Shown: piece after piece, positions 40,785-52,731 of the stretch
Layout of the letters: every line of letters starts with the position of its first letter
Position numbering within the stretch: position 1 is the first letter of the stretch
Assembly (NCBI GenBank): GCA_944392945.1
Contig: CALXYJ010000001.1
Span: forward strand, 116,257 to 180,256
Length of the DNA: 64,000 nucleotides
Origin: an uncultured Clostridia bacterium
Lineage (GTDB): Bacteria; Bacillota; Clostridia; TANB77; CAG-508
Direction: 5' to 3'
Notes under the pieces: model-generated
What the model was told of the DNA's origin: nothing
The model's database searches: none
The model's input: only the letters and a program-made list of their open reading frames with translations
Position numbers and translations under genes: made by a program

Positions 40785-40806
40785 ATTCCCCTTTTATTAA
40801 TAGATT

Positions 40807-40832
40807 AAAGCTACCCTATGGGTAGCTTTTTT
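40807..40832 (+). terminator. Intrinsic terminator
   Basis: AAAGCTACCC-TAT-GGGTAGCTTT followed by TT. Confidence 0.75.
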
Positions 40833-40990
40833 GATAGGAATTTTTTCTCAAGGAGAAAAATCTGTACAAGTTAATTATAATTTTTATCAGTATTTTTATA
40901 TAAACCATTTGTTTTTTATTAAATAATATAGTAATATTGTATAGTGTGTGATAAAATACAAAAAAATTCAAAAGAGAAGGAGTGTAAAAT

Positions 40991-43330
40991 TTGGACAAGG
41001 AAGAATTGAATGGATTAACAGATAAACAAGTAGAAAAAAGAATAGAAAATGGAAAAGTAAATAAAGTAGAAGATGACAAAACTAGGACCAATTGGGAGAT
41101 TATAAGAGATAATGTTTGCACATTATTCAACTTATTTAATTTACTAATAGCAATAGCATTAATAGCAGTAAAGGCATATACTAATTTAGCATATATGCTA
41201 ATAATCTTAGTAAATATTGTAATTGGAATCGTTCAAGAAATACATGCCAGAAATTTAGTACAAAAATTATCAGTATTAAAAGTATCTAAAGCAACAGTTG
41301 TAAGAAATGGAAAAGAAAAAGAAATAAATATCGATGAAATAGTATTAGATGATGTAATAATTTTAGATGCTGGTAAACAAATATGTGCGGATTCTGTGGT
41401 ATTAGATGGAGAAATAGAGGTAAACGAATCTTTACTTACAGGAGAATCAGACACAATATTAAAACAAAAAGGAGATAAATTATTATCTGGAAGCTATGTA
41501 GTTAGTGGTAAATGTTATACAAAAGTAGAAAAAGTTGGAAAAGAGAATTTTGCTGCACAAATTACTAGCGAAACTAAAAAATATAAAAGAGCAGAATCAG
41601 AACTTGTAAACTCAATGAAAAAAGTTACAAACTTTACAAGTTTTGTAATAATACCAGTAGGAATTATTTTATTTGTACAAGCATATTTCTTTAGAAATGT
41701 AGATATAACAAATTCTGTTGTTTCTACAGCAGCAGCATTATTAGGAATGTTGCCAAAAGGACTTATGCTTCTTATAACAATATCTTTGGCAACAGGAGTA
41801 ATAAAACTTGCAAAAAAGAGGGTACTAGTTCAAGATTTATATAGTGTAGAAACTTTAGCACATATAGATACTCTATGTTTGGATAAAACAGGAACAATTA
41901 CAGAAGGAAAGATGAAAGTAGATAATGTAAAAATTTATAATGAAAAAGATTTACCATATCCAATGAAAACATTAATGACCGCTTTTGTAAACGAAATGAC
42001 AGATAATAATGCTACTTTTATGGCACTTAAAGACTATTATAAAGGTGATGATAAATTTGAAGTAGTAGACAGAATGGCATTTTCATCAGAAAGAAAATGG
42101 AGTTCTATTAGCTTTAAAGATGTTGGATCAATTGTGTTAGGAGCACCAGAAAGATTAATAGAAAAAAGTGATATGAAGATGCCAGAAGAGATTGTTTCTG
42201 CACAAAAGTCTGGAAAAAGAATGTTATTTGTAGGATATTCAAAAGAAATTGTAAATGATGAAAAATTGCCTAAATTAGAAATAATAGCAGCAGTTACATT
42301 AGATGATCCATTAAGAAAAAATGCAAAAGAGATGTTAGGCTTCTTTAAAACACAAGCAGTAGATATAAAAATAATTTCAGGGGATAATCCTTTAACTGTA
42401 TCAAGTATTGCTAAAAAAGCTGGATTAGAATCATATGATTCATATATAGATTTATCAACAATAAGTTCAGATGATGAAATTCCAGGTTTAGTAGATAAAT
42501 ACAGTGTGTTTGCAAGAGTTATGCCACATCAAAAAAGTTTAATAGTAAAAGCACTTCAAGAAAAAGGTCATTCAGTTGCTATGACTGGTGATGGAGTTAA
42601 TGATGTGGTAGCATTAAAACAAGCAGATTGTAGTATAACATTACCAGAAGCTTCAGACGTGGCAAGACAAGTTTCACAAATTGTATTATTAAATTCAGAT
42701 TTTAGTGTACTTAAAGATGTATTAATGGAAGGAAGAAGAGTTGTAAATAATATAACAAATGTTGCCAGAATATTCTTTATAAAAACAATATATTCAATGT
42801 TATTATCATTATTCAATATAGTAACAAATACAGCGTTTCCATTTATACCAATACAGATAACATTAATAGATTTAGTAATAGAGGGATATACATCATTCTT
42901 CTTATCATTCTTAGAAAATTCAAAACCATTACAAGGAACTTTCTTAAGAACAGTTATAAGAAATGCCATGCCATATGCTTTAACAATAATTATTAGTATA
43001 ATTTTATTAACATTTTCTAGAGAAGGTTTAGGATTACGAGTAGAAGAAGCAGAAACTTTAATGTATTTAATTATTGGAGGAGTAAGTATTTTTGCAGTTA
43101 TTGATGCATGTAGACCATTTAATAGAATAAGTACGTTTTTATGTACAACAACAGCAATTGGTTTCTTCTTTGCAGTAATTTTATTTAAGAACATATTACA
43201 TTTAAGTGGAATAAACGAACATGGTATAATTATATTAGTATCAGGTTTGATTTTGGCATATATAGTAGTTACAGGTTTAAAATATTTAATTAATAATTTA
43301 AGCCAAGATTTAGAAAAAGCAACCAAATAA
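40991..43330 (+). CDS. Cation-transporting P-type ATPase
   Basis: LTGES, DKTGTIT, ISGDN and TGDGVND motifs. Confidence 0.93.
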   Translation: MDKEELNGLTDKQVEKRIENGKVNKVEDDKTRTNWEIIRDNVCTLFNLFNLLIAIALIAVKAYTNLAYMLIILVNIVIGIVQEIHARNLVQKLSVLKVSKATVVRNGKEKEINIDEIVLDDVIILDAGKQICADSVVLDGEIEVNESLLTGESDTILKQKGDKLLSGSYVVSGKCYTKVEKVGKENFAAQITSETKKYKRAESELVNSMKKVTNFTSFVIIPVGIILFVQAYFFRNVDITNSVVSTAAALLGMLPKGLMLLITISLATGVIKLAKKRVLVQDLYSVETLAHIDTLCLDKTGTITEGKMKVDNVKIYNEKDLPYPMKTLMTAFVNEMTDNNATFMALKDYYKGDDKFEVVDRMAFSSERKWSSISFKDVGSIVLGAPERLIEKSDMKMPEEIVSAQKSGKRMLFVGYSKEIVNDEKLPKLEIIAAVTLDDPLRKNAKEMLGFFKTQAVDIKIISGDNPLTVSSIAKKAGLESYDSYIDLSTISSDDEIPGLVDKYSVFARVMPHQKSLIVKALQEKGHSVAMTGDGVNDVVALKQADCSITLPEASDVARQVSQIVLLNSDFSVLKDVLMEGRRVVNNITNVARIFFIKTIYSMLLSLFNIVTNTAFPFIPIQITLIDLVIEGYTSFFLSFLENSKPLQGTFLRTVIRNAMPYALTIIISIILLTFSREGLGLRVEEAETLMYLIIGGVSIFAVIDACRPFNRISTFLCTTTAIGFFFAVILFKNILHLSGINEHGIIILVSGLILAYIVVTGLKYLINNLSQDLEKATK

Positions 43331-43342
43331 TAGGAGATAATA

Positions 43343-44140
43343 ATGATAAATATATTTTTAAATATTTTTCTAATTATAGGAATTTTATTAATATATAGTG
43401 GAATATCAGGAATCTTAACAGATATTTTAAAAAAAAGAAGTATTTTTAAAAGAAAATATTTAATATTAGCCCTAGGAGTTATAGTTATTATTTTAGCTAT
43501 AGCTCCAAGAATATTAAATAATGAGATAATGGACTTTATTAAATATATGTCAATATATTTTTCTATAACATTTATATTATTTTGCATTGCTAGCATAATA
43601 ATAAATATAAAAATAAAAAGAAAAGAATATAATGCAATTATTGTTTTGGGAGGATATTTAGTAGATGGGAATAAATTAACTAAAGCCTTAACCAAAAGAT
43701 TAAATTTAGCAATAGATTTATATGAAAAACAAAAGCATAAACCTAAAATTATTGTATCAGGTGGAATGATAAGGCAAGAAACCATAACAGAAGCAGAAGC
43801 AATGAAAAATTATCTAATTAAAAAAGGTATTTCGGAAAAAAATATTATAAAAGAGGAACAATCTAGAAATACATTAGAAAATTTTAAATATTCTAAAGAA
43901 AAATTAAAGAAATTAAAAATAAATAATAATATAGCTTTTGTAAGTAATAATTTTCATATTTTAAGATCAAAGATTTATGCTTTAAAATTCAAAATAAAAG
44001 CTAAAGGAGAAGGTTCTAAAACATTATGGTATTATTTCCCAGAAGCATTTATAAATGAGTATCTGGCATTAATGGTGCTATATAAAAATATTTTAATTAT
44101 ATATATAATTTTAGCAATAATTTTAACAATATTTATATAG
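43343..44140 (+). CDS. YdcF/DUF218 family membrane protein
   Basis: IIVLGG, IVSGG, EAEAM, EEQSRNTLEN and FHILR motifs. Confidence 0.85.
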   Translation: MINIFLNIFLIIGILLIYSGISGILTDILKKRSIFKRKYLILALGVIVIILAIAPRILNNEIMDFIKYMSIYFSITFILFCIASIIINIKIKRKEYNAIIVLGGYLVDGNKLTKALTKRLNLAIDLYEKQKHKPKIIVSGGMIRQETITEAEAMKNYLIKKGISEKNIIKEEQSRNTLENFKYSKEKLKKLKINNNIAFVSNNFHILRSKIYALKFKIKAKGEGSKTLWYYFPEAFINEYLALMVLYKNILIIYIILAIILTIFI

Positions 44141-44154
44141 GAAGGACGTAATAA

Positions 44155-44745
44155 ATGAATAGATATGGCTTTTTTGGTGGAAGCTTTAATCCTCCAACTA
44201 TAGCACATGAAAGATTAGCAGAGGAAGTAGCAAAAAAATTTAATTTAGATAAAGTATATTTTGTACCAGTCGGAAATTCTTATAGAAAAAATGGTTTAAT
44301 AGATGAAAATAAAAGATTTGAAATGCTTAGTACTATAAAAAGTCGAAAAATAGATGTATTAGATATAGAGCTAAATTTAAATAAAGAACTTTCTACGATT
44401 GATGCATTTAACCTTATAAATAATAAATTTTTAAACTCAGAAAACTATTTTATCTTAGGAGGAGATAATCTAGAAAAATTACCAAATTGGAAGAAAGCCG
44501 AATCTTGTCTAGAAAATAATATTATAGCAATAGAAAGAGGCAAAGATTTAGAGAATATAATAGATGAAAACGAATTATTAAAAAAACATAAAAATAAGAT
44601 ATTTGCATTTAATACGAATAAGTTGTATGATTATAGTTCGACGGAAGTAAGAGAAGCACTAAAAAGTAAAGATATGAATACATTACAAAAAATGTTAAAT
44701 AAAAAAGTGTATTTATATATAGAGCAAAATAATTTATATAAATAA
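44155..44745 (+). CDS. nadD: Nicotinate-nucleotide adenylyltransferase
   Basis: GGSFNPPTIAH, FILGGD, W and SSTEVR motifs. Confidence 0.85.
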   Translation: MNRYGFFGGSFNPPTIAHERLAEEVAKKFNLDKVYFVPVGNSYRKNGLIDENKRFEMLSTIKSRKIDVLDIELNLNKELSTIDAFNLINNKFLNSENYFILGGDNLEKLPNWKKAESCLENNIIAIERGKDLENIIDENELLKKHKNKIFAFNTNKLYDYSSTEVREALKSKDMNTLQKMLNKKVYLYIEQNNLYK

Positions 44746-44755
44746 GGGGTAAAGA

Positions 44756-45874
44756 GTGAGAATATTATTAGTAATGGATCAATTTGAAGATGCCAATAAT
44801 GGAACAACTATTTCTGCTAGGAGGTTTGCAGAAGGGCTAAGAAAAAGAGGACATGATGTAAAAATTTTAACTACGGGAAAAGTAGGCAAAGACAAATATA
44901 TTGTAAAAACATTAAAGCTTCCATTGGGAGTTTCAAAAATAGTAAAATCACAAGGAATGTGTTTTGGTATTCCAAATAAAGAGATAATAAAAAAGGCAAT
45001 GGAAGGAATAGATATTGTTCACTTCTATATGCCTTTTTGGCTTTCAAGAGCTGGATTAAAAATAGCAGAAGAAATGGAAATTCCTCATACAGCAGCATTT
45101 CATGTTCAACCAGAAAATATAACCTATAGCATAAAATTAGGGAAAAGTAAAATAATAAATAAAACTATATATAATGAATTTAGAGATGATTTTTATAATA
45201 AATTTAGACATATACATTGTCCTAGTGAATTTATAGCAAATCAGCTTAAGGAGAATAATTATAAAGCTAAATTACATGTTATTTCAAATGGTATAGAAGA
45301 AAAATTTAGATTTATGCCAAAACAAAAACATGATAAAATTATAATAACCATGGTTGGACGATTATCTGGAGAAAAGAGACAGGATTTATTATTTGAGGCT
45401 ATTAAAAAATCAAAATACGAAAAAGAAATTCAATTGGTCTTAGCAGGAAAAGGTCCAAAATATAAACAATATTTAAAGATGGGAGAAAAATTAACAAATA
45501 AACCAATAATTGAATTCTTAGGAGAAGAAGATTTAATAAATTTATTGGCGAAAACTGATTTATATGTGCATACATCTGATGCAGAAATAGAAGCAATATC
45601 ATGTTTAGAAGCAATTGCATGTGGAAATGTACCTGTTATTGCTAATAGTGAAAAGTCAGCAACTACTCAATTTGCTTTAGACGAAAGAAGTCTTTTTGAA
45701 TCAGGTAATAGTGATGAATTAGCTAAAAAAATAGACATGTGGTTAGATAATCCAAAAGAATTAGAACATATGAGGGAAGTATATAGTGAAAGTACAGAGA
45801 AATATAGAATAGAAAAGAGCATGGAAAAAATAGAGAGGATGTTTGAAGATGAAATTAAAGAATACAGTAATTAA
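44756..45874 (+). CDS. GT4 glycosyltransferase
   Basis: NGT, ISNGI, VGRLSGEK and EIEAISCLEA motifs. Confidence 0.88.
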   Translation: MRILLVMDQFEDANNGTTISARRFAEGLRKRGHDVKILTTGKVGKDKYIVKTLKLPLGVSKIVKSQGMCFGIPNKEIIKKAMEGIDIVHFYMPFWLSRAGLKIAEEMEIPHTAAFHVQPENITYSIKLGKSKIINKTIYNEFRDDFYNKFRHIHCPSEFIANQLKENNYKAKLHVISNGIEEKFRFMPKQKHDKIIITMVGRLSGEKRQDLLFEAIKKSKYEKEIQLVLAGKGPKYKQYLKMGEKLTNKPIIEFLGEEDLINLLAKTDLYVHTSDAEIEAISCLEAIACGNVPVIANSEKSATTQFALDERSLFESGNSDELAKKIDMWLDNPKELEHMREVYSESTEKYRIEKSMEKIERMFEDEIKEYSN

Positions 45875-46535
45875 TTTTGTAGAAAATATATTTTACTATA
45901 TTATTGCGGTACCAATATTATATGTAGTTGATAAAATATTTTTTAATTATAAAATTATAGGAAAAGAAAATATAAAAAAAGTTCCAGGGGGTAAAATTAC
46001 TATATCAAACCATATACATTATTTAGATTGTACGATGAATGGTTTAATTAATTTTCCTGATTACTCATATTTTGTAACTTTGGAGTCAAACTGTAAAATT
46101 CCGGTTGTTGGTTTGCTAGTAAGACTTTTAAGGGGAATTCCAATACCAACAAAACTAGATGATAAAAAGGGATTTTATGAAAAAATATCTAAATTACTAA
46201 AAGAAGGAGAAACAGTACATATATATCCAGAAGGAGAATTGCGTTTATATGATCAAAAATTATTAGATTTTAAAAAAGGTGCATTTGCAATGGCAGTAGA
46301 AAATAATGTCCCAATAATTCCAACTGTAATAATAACAAGAGAAAGACACGGAATATATAAATATATAAAAAATAAACCATTAATAACACAAGTTATATTA
46401 GAACCAATTTTTCCAGATTTAAAAATAGAAAATAAAATGGAAAGAATAGAAAATTTAAAACAAGAAGCATATTTTAGAATGAATTCAGTTCTAGAAAATT
46501 CAGAAATATGTTATGAGAAAGCCGAAATTGTATAA
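45849..46535 (+). CDS. PlsC-like lysophospholipid acyltransferase
   Basis: SNHIHYLD, YPEG and FKKGAF motifs. Confidence 0.85.
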   Translation: MKLKNTVINFVENIFYYIIAVPILYVVDKIFFNYKIIGKENIKKVPGGKITISNHIHYLDCTMNGLINFPDYSYFVTLESNCKIPVVGLLVRLLRGIPIPTKLDDKKGFYEKISKLLKEGETVHIYPEGELRLYDQKLLDFKKGAFAMAVENNVPIIPTVIITRERHGIYKYIKNKPLITQVILEPIFPDLKIENKMERIENLKQEAYFRMNSVLENSEICYEKAEIV

Positions 46536-46626
46536 TAAGCTATATATACAGAAGTTTTACCAGTAATTTAATTGCAATATATGGATATTTATTATATAAT
46601 AAGCACGGAAAATAGGATGGAATAGG

Positions 46627-48342
46627 GTGAATTTAATGATAGATTTTAAAGAAAAAATAGCAGAAGAGATAAGTAAAAAAATGGATATAACAGTAAAAGA
46701 AATAGAGGAATATCTAGAAATTCCAAAAGATAATAAAATGGGAGATTATGCTCTTCCATGTTTTAAACTTGCAAAAGAAATGAAAAAATCTCCAATAATT
46801 ATTGCAAACGAAATAAAAGAACAAATAGAAATGCCAAATAAATATATAGCTAAAATAGAGGTGGTTAATGGATTTTTAAACATTTTTATAAATAATAAAA
46901 TGTTAATAGAAAACCTTTTAGAAGAAATGCAAGAGAAAAAAGAAAAATATGGCTCATCAACAATCGGAAATGGAAAAAATATAATAGTTGAATATTCATC
47001 TCCAAATATTGCAAAACCATTCCATGTTGGTCATTTAAGAACAACAGTAATAGGAAGAGCATTATATAATATGTATAAATTCCTTGGGTATAATACTATT
47101 GGTATAAATCATTTAGGAGATTGGGGAACGCAATTTGGAAAACTAATAGAAGGTTATAAAAGATTTGGAAATGAATATAATTTAGAAGAAAATCCAATCG
47201 ATAAACTTACAGAAATATATGTAAGAATAAATGAGTTATGTAAAGAAGATGAATCAGTATTAGAAAATTGCAGAGAAAACTTTAAAAAATTAGAAGATGG
47301 TGATAAATATTGTGTAGAAATTTGGGAGAAATTTAAGGATTTAAGTTTAAAAGAATTCCAAAGAATATATGATATTTTAAATGTTCATTTTGATTCTAAT
47401 AATGGAGAATCTTTTTATACAGATAAAATGCCTGAAGTAGTCGAAATATTAAGAAAAAACAATAAATTAATAGAATCACAAGGAGCAGAAATAGTAGACT
47501 TAGAATATAAAAATATGCCACCATTAATGGTAGTTAAATCTAATGGATCAACAACATATGCTACACGTGATTTAGCAGCAATTTTGTATAGAGCAAGAAC
47601 ATATGATTTTGATAAATGTATATATGTTGTTGGTTCAGAACAAAATTTACATTTTAACCAAGTATTTGAGGTTGCAAAATATTTAGATTTAGACGAAAAA
47701 TATACAAATGGTTTAATACATGTGCCATATGGAATGGTAAGACTAAAAACGGGAAAAATGTCTACAAGAGAAGGAACTTTAATAAAACTAGAAGACATAT
47801 TAAAAGAAGCAATTTCTAGGGCTGGAGCAATAATAGAAGAAAAAAATCCAAACTTAGAAGGAAAAGAAGATATCGCTAAAAAAGTTGGTATTGGAGCTGT
47901 AATTTTTAATGATTTAGCTAATAATATAATTAAAGATGAAGTGTTCGATTGGGATATAATGCTTAACTTCCAAGGAGAAACTGGACCATATATACAATAT
48001 ATGTATGTAAGAACAAAAAGTATGTTGGATAAAGAAAATTATATAATGAATAAAGATTTAGTAGATACTGCAGAATTAGAAAAAAATGGAATGGAATTAA
48101 TAAAACAAATCTATGTATTTGGCGATATTATAAAACAAGCGGTAGATAAAAACGAACCATCAATTATATCACGTTATTTAATAGATATTGCTAAATTATA
48201 TAGTAGTTTTTATAATGACAATAAAATAATTGTAGAAGACGAAAAAATAAGAAATACTAGACTTTGCTTAACATATATGGTAGGAAATGTATTAAAAATA
48301 GGAACATCTTTGTTAGGAATGGAAATGCCAGATAGAATGTAG
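46627..48342 (+). CDS. argS: Arginyl-tRNA synthetase
   Basis: SSPNIAKPFHVGHLR, GDWGTQFG, KMSTR and GPYIQY motifs. Confidence 0.95.
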   Translation: MNLMIDFKEKIAEEISKKMDITVKEIEEYLEIPKDNKMGDYALPCFKLAKEMKKSPIIIANEIKEQIEMPNKYIAKIEVVNGFLNIFINNKMLIENLLEEMQEKKEKYGSSTIGNGKNIIVEYSSPNIAKPFHVGHLRTTVIGRALYNMYKFLGYNTIGINHLGDWGTQFGKLIEGYKRFGNEYNLEENPIDKLTEIYVRINELCKEDESVLENCRENFKKLEDGDKYCVEIWEKFKDLSLKEFQRIYDILNVHFDSNNGESFYTDKMPEVVEILRKNNKLIESQGAEIVDLEYKNMPPLMVVKSNGSTTYATRDLAAILYRARTYDFDKCIYVVGSEQNLHFNQVFEVAKYLDLDEKYTNGLIHVPYGMVRLKTGKMSTREGTLIKLEDILKEAISRAGAIIEEKNPNLEGKEDIAKKVGIGAVIFNDLANNIIKDEVFDWDIMLNFQGETGPYIQYMYVRTKSMLDKENYIMNKDLVDTAELEKNGMELIKQIYVFGDIIKQAVDKNEPSIISRYLIDIAKLYSSFYNDNKIIVEDEKIRNTRLCLTYMVGNVLKIGTSLLGMEMPDRM

Positions 48343-48388
48343 GAAGTATTATAAAACATTATCATACCATAAGAAAGGAAATGAGAAT

Positions 48389-49753
48389 ATGAGAAAATAT
48401 TTCGGGACAGATGGAATAAGAAGAATTGCAAATACAGAGTTAACACCGGAGTTGGTATATAGAGTTGCAAAAGCAGGAGCATATGTACTTGCAAAACATT
48501 CTGATCATAGTCCAACTATTTTAATTGGTAGAGATACTAGAATTTCTGGAACTCTTATAGAAAGTGCAATGACAGCAGGATTTTTAAGCTATGGTGCAAA
48601 TGTAAAATTACTAGGAGTTTTGCCAACTCCAGCTGTTGCATATTTAACTAAAAAACTAAAAGCAGATGCAAGTGTTGTTATTTCTGCTTCACACAATACT
48701 TATGAATTTAATGGAGTAAAATATTTTAGTAATAAAGGAACTAAAATACCTGATGATATAGAAGAAGAAATAGAAGAAACTATGGATTCTGGAAAATTAG
48801 AAGAGCTTACAGCTTGTAATGAAAATATAGGAATTTCAGAAAATGCAGAAGATTTAGTCGATGAATATGTATATTTCTTTAGAAAAAATTTTGAAGAAAT
48901 AATTGAAGAATATAATAAAAAAGATTTTAAAGTAGTAATAGATACAGCAAATGGGGCAACATATAAAGTTGCAGAAAAAATATTTTCAAAGTTAAAAATA
49001 AATCATAAGATTATAAATAATGCTCCAAACGGAATTAATATAAATAAAGACTGTGGTTCTACACATCTAGAGGGGTTGCAAAAATATGTTGTAGAAAATG
49101 GATATGATTTAGGAATTGCATATGATGGTGATGGAGATAGATGTTTATTAGTAGATGAAAAAGGCGAAGTAATAGATGGAGACAAAATTTTAGCAATAGT
49201 GTCTAATTACATGAAAGAAAAAGGAACATTAAAAAAAGATACATTGGTTGCTACAGTTATGAGTAATTTAGGATTAGATATTTATGCTAAAGAAAATAAG
49301 ATATCATTAAAAAGAACAAAAGTTGGAGATAGATATGTCTTGGAAGAAATGAAAAAGAATGGATATAATTTAGGTGGTGAACAATCAGGTCATATTATAT
49401 TCTTAGATTATAATCCAACAGGAGATGGAATATTAACATCATTAATGTTTATTTCTATAATGTTAGAAAAAAATGAAAAAGCCAGCAATTTAGAACAAAT
49501 AATAAAAATATATCCACAAGTATTAGTGGGAGCAAAAGTTTCAAATGATAAAAAATATAATTTTGATAAAGATGCAGTAATAAGAAATACTATAGAAGAG
49601 GTAGAAAAAGAATTTGAGGGAAATGGAAGAGTATTAATTAGAGCATCTGGAACAGAACCATTAGTTAGAGTAATGATAGAGGGATCAGATCAAGAATACA
49701 TAACAGAAAAGGCTAATTCTATTGCTGAATTAATAGAAGAAAGATTAAAATAA
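48389..49753 (+). CDS. glmM: Phosphoglucosamine mutase
   Basis: FGTDGIR, ISASHN, DGDGDR, GGEQSGH and RASGTEP motifs. Confidence 0.95.
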   Translation: MRKYFGTDGIRRIANTELTPELVYRVAKAGAYVLAKHSDHSPTILIGRDTRISGTLIESAMTAGFLSYGANVKLLGVLPTPAVAYLTKKLKADASVVISASHNTYEFNGVKYFSNKGTKIPDDIEEEIEETMDSGKLEELTACNENIGISENAEDLVDEYVYFFRKNFEEIIEEYNKKDFKVVIDTANGATYKVAEKIFSKLKINHKIINNAPNGININKDCGSTHLEGLQKYVVENGYDLGIAYDGDGDRCLLVDEKGEVIDGDKILAIVSNYMKEKGTLKKDTLVATVMSNLGLDIYAKENKISLKRTKVGDRYVLEEMKKNGYNLGGEQSGHIIFLDYNPTGDGILTSLMFISIMLEKNEKASNLEQIIKIYPQVLVGAKVSNDKKYNFDKDAVIRNTIEEVEKEFEGNGRVLIRASGTEPLVRVMIEGSDQEYITEKANSIAELIEERLK

Positions 49754-49769
49754 AAGGAAGATGATGTAA

Positions 49770-51353
49770 ATGGATAAAAAAACATATTATGTAACAACAC
49801 CAATTTATTACCCAAGTGGCAAATTTCATATTGGTAATGCATATACAACAATATTTGCAAATACAATGAAAAAATATAAAGAAAAACGAGGCTATGATAC
49901 TTATTTTTTAACAGGATTAGATGAGCATGGTCAAAAAATAGGAACACTTGCTCAAAACCTAAATCAAACTCCACAACAATATGTTGATGGAATGGCAGAA
50001 TATGCTAAAAATTTATGGAAAAAAATGAATATAGAATATAATGACTTCATAAGAACAACAGAAGAGCGTCATACAAAGGTTGTAGAAGCTATATTTGAAA
50101 AACTTTTAAATCAGGGAGATATTTACAAGGGAGAATATGAAGGCTGGTATTGTGTACCATGTGAAACATATTTTACAGAAACTCAGTTAGTAGATGGAAA
50201 ATGTCCTGATTGTGGAAGAGAAGTAAAAAAAATGAAGGAAGAGGCATATTTCTTTAATATGAAGAAATATGCTGACAGACTAATAAAATTTTACGAAGAA
50301 AATCCTCATTTTATAGAACCAGAATACAGAAAAAATGAATTATTTAATAATTTCTTAAAACCAGGATTAGAAGACCTATGTGTAACTCGTTCTACATTTG
50401 ATTGGGGTGTACAAGTTAAAAGTGATCCAAAGCATGTTGTTTATGTATGGCTTGATGCATTAACAAATTATATTACAGCATTAGGATATGGTTCAGCAGA
50501 TGATACTTTATTTAAAAAATATTGGCCAGCAGATTTACAAGTTGTTGGAAAAGATATAATAAGGTTTCATGGAATTTATTGGCCAATATTCTTAATGGCA
50601 TTAGATTTACCACTTCCAAAGAAAATATATGCACATGGTTTTATAACAATGAAAGATGGAAAAATGTCAAAATCTAAAGGAAATGTAGTCTATCCAGAAA
50701 TGTTAATAGATAGATATGGCTTAGATGCTACAAAATATTTCCTATTAAGAGAATTTCCATTTGGACAAGATGCAGTATTTTCACCAGAAGGTTTTGTAGA
50801 AAGATTTAATTATGATTTATGTAATGACCTAGGAAATTTATTAAATAGAACAATTGGAATGGTAAATAAATATTTTAATGGAGAAATCCCAGAATATGTT
50901 GGACAAGTAAATACACCGGACAAAGAATTGGAAGAATTTGCTATTTCTCAAATTAAAGTTGTAGAAGAAAAAATGGATAATTTACATTTATGTGATGCAT
51001 TAGCAGAAATTTGGAACTTAATATCTAAAACAAATAAATATATAGACGAAACAGCACCATGGATATTAGTAAAAGAAGAAAAGCAAGAAGAATTAAAATC
51101 AGTAATGTATCATTTATGCGAAAATCTAAGAAAAATTGCAATATTAATAAGTCCATTTATGGAAAATACTTCAAATAGCATGTTTAAACAATTAGGATTA
51201 GAAAATGAAAATTTACAAACATGGGATAGTTTGTATGAGTATAATAATTTACCAACAAATGTAAAAGTTGTAGAAAAAGGTGAACCTTTATTTATAAGAT
51301 TAGATATTGAAGAAGAAGTTAATTACATTAAAGAACAAATGAAGGCTAAATAA
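49770..51353 (+). CDS. metG: Methionyl-tRNA synthetase (short form, no C-terminal tRNA-binding domain)
   Basis: HIGN, CxxC knuckles, [15 protein letters not shown] and KMSKS motifs. Confidence 0.95.
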   Translation: MDKKTYYVTTPIYYPSGKFHIGNAYTTIFANTMKKYKEKRGYDTYFLTGLDEHGQKIGTLAQNLNQTPQQYVDGMAEYAKNLWKKMNIEYNDFIRTTEERHTKVVEAIFEKLLNQGDIYKGEYEGWYCVPCETYFTETQLVDGKCPDCGREVKKMKEEAYFFNMKKYADRLIKFYEENPHFIEPEYRKNELFNNFLKPGLEDLCVTRSTFDWGVQVKSDPKHVVYVWLDALTNYITALGYGSADDTLFKKYWPADLQVVGKDIIRFHGIYWPIFLMALDLPLPKKIYAHGFITMKDGKMSKSKGNVVYPEMLIDRYGLDATKYFLLREFPFGQDAVFSPEGFVERFNYDLCNDLGNLLNRTIGMVNKYFNGEIPEYVGQVNTPDKELEEFAISQIKVVEEKMDNLHLCDALAEIWNLISKTNKYIDETAPWILVKEEKQEELKSVMYHLCENLRKIAILISPFMENTSNSMFKQLGLENENLQTWDSLYEYNNLPTNVKVVEKGEPLFIRLDIEEEVNYIKEQMKAK

Positions 51354-51380
51354 TAAAAATTAATAAGGAGGAAAATTTAT

Positions 51381-51695
51381 TTGGAACTAGACCTATTAAA
51401 CTTTCTTAATAGGGGGCAGAATAATGTTGATATTCAAGAATTTCAGAGGGAGCTTACAAATAAATTAGAAGAAATGGAAAATAGATATACAATTGATAGA
51501 TTTGAAGGGGAAATTGCTGTATTAGAAAACAGAGATACAGGTGAAATGTTTAATGTAGATAAAAAAGATTTACCTCAGGATATAAAAGAAGGAACTATTT
51601 TAAAAATAAACAATAACAAATATGAAATAGATATAGAAGAGCAAAAAAAAGTTGAAGAAAGAATAAAGAATAAAATGAATAAATTATGGAAATAA
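51381..51695 (+). CDS. DUF3006 family protein
   Basis: IDRFEG..AVLE and LP..IKEG motifs. Adjacent to a ComEC-like gene, as is typical. Confidence 0.8.
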   Translation: MELDLLNFLNRGQNNVDIQEFQRELTNKLEEMENRYTIDRFEGEIAVLENRDTGEMFNVDKKDLPQDIKEGTILKINNNKYEIDIEEQKKVEERIKNKMNKLWK

Positions 51696-51722
51696 AACAA
51701 AAGAAAGAATGGGGTATTAATA

Positions 51723-52718
51723 ATGAAGAATAATAATGAATTAAGCTTTTGGGATAAAGTAAAAGAAGGCAAAAAAACGAAATACTATAAAAGAAGAAAA
51801 TGGCTTAACAGATTATTTACACTTATATTACTTATAATTTTAATAGTGGCAGGAAATTTTTATTGGAAAGAACATGATTTTAATGAATTTTTAGGAAATG
51901 CGTTAGGAAATACTGTTACAAATGAAACAGAACCTACTAATACTATCGAGACAGAGGCAGTTGTAGATGGAAATTTAAGAGTATATTATTTAGATGTAGG
52001 ACAGGCAGATAGTATATTAGTTATTGATAAAGATAAAACAATGCTAATTGATGCTGGAACAAACGAAGCTGGAGAAACCGTAGTTAATTTCTTAAAAGAT
52101 AAAGGTATTACAAAAATAGATTATCTAGTAGGAACACATCCTCACGAGGATCATATAGGTGGATTAGATGATGTAATAAATAATTTTGAGATAGGAACTA
52201 TATATATGCCTAAGATGCAAACTACAACAAAAACATTTGAAGATGTATTAGATAGTATAGCAAATAAAAATTTACAAGTTACAACACCAGTTGTTGGTGA
52301 TTCATTTGATTTAACGAACGCACATTGTACAATAATGGCAGTTGATACAGAAGATACAGAAGACAATTTAAATTTATCTTCTATTGTAATTAGAATGACA
52401 TATGGAGGAAATAGCTTTTTATTTATGGGTGATGCAGAAGAAGCAAATGAAAGTGCCAGAAATTGGCAACCGGCAGATGTTTTAAAAGTAGGACATCATG
52501 GATCAAGAACATCTTCATCACAAAACTTTATAAATCAGGTAATGCCATCATTTGCAATTATACAAGTAGGTAAGGATAATTCTTATAATTTACCAAATCA
52601 AGAGACTATAGATAAATTAACTGCTATAGGAACAAAAATTTATAGAACAGATGAAGATGGAACTATACTTGTAGTAAGTGATGGAACTAATATACAAGTA
52701 GAAACAAATGTAGAATAG
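51723..52718 (+). CDS. ComEC/Rec2-like MBL-fold hydrolase
   Basis: DVGQAD, THPHEDHIGG, FMGDAE, KVGHHGS and YRTD motifs. Confidence 0.88.
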   Translation: MKNNNELSFWDKVKEGKKTKYYKRRKWLNRLFTLILLIILIVAGNFYWKEHDFNEFLGNALGNTVTNETEPTNTIETEAVVDGNLRVYYLDVGQADSILVIDKDKTMLIDAGTNEAGETVVNFLKDKGITKIDYLVGTHPHEDHIGGLDDVINNFEIGTIYMPKMQTTTKTFEDVLDSIANKNLQVTTPVVGDSFDLTNAHCTIMAVDTEDTEDNLNLSSIVIRMTYGGNSFLFMGDAEEANESARNWQPADVLKVGHHGSRTSSSQNFINQVMPSFAIIQVGKDNSYNLPNQETIDKLTAIGTKIYRTDEDGTILVVSDGTNIQVETNVE

Positions 52719-52731
52719 ATGGGAGATAATA

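Noticed and set aside
42568-43785. 405-aa minus-strand ORF
   Set aside because: Antisense shadow of the P-type ATPase and YdcF genes, with no motifs. The other short antisense ORFs in the track were rejected for the same reason.
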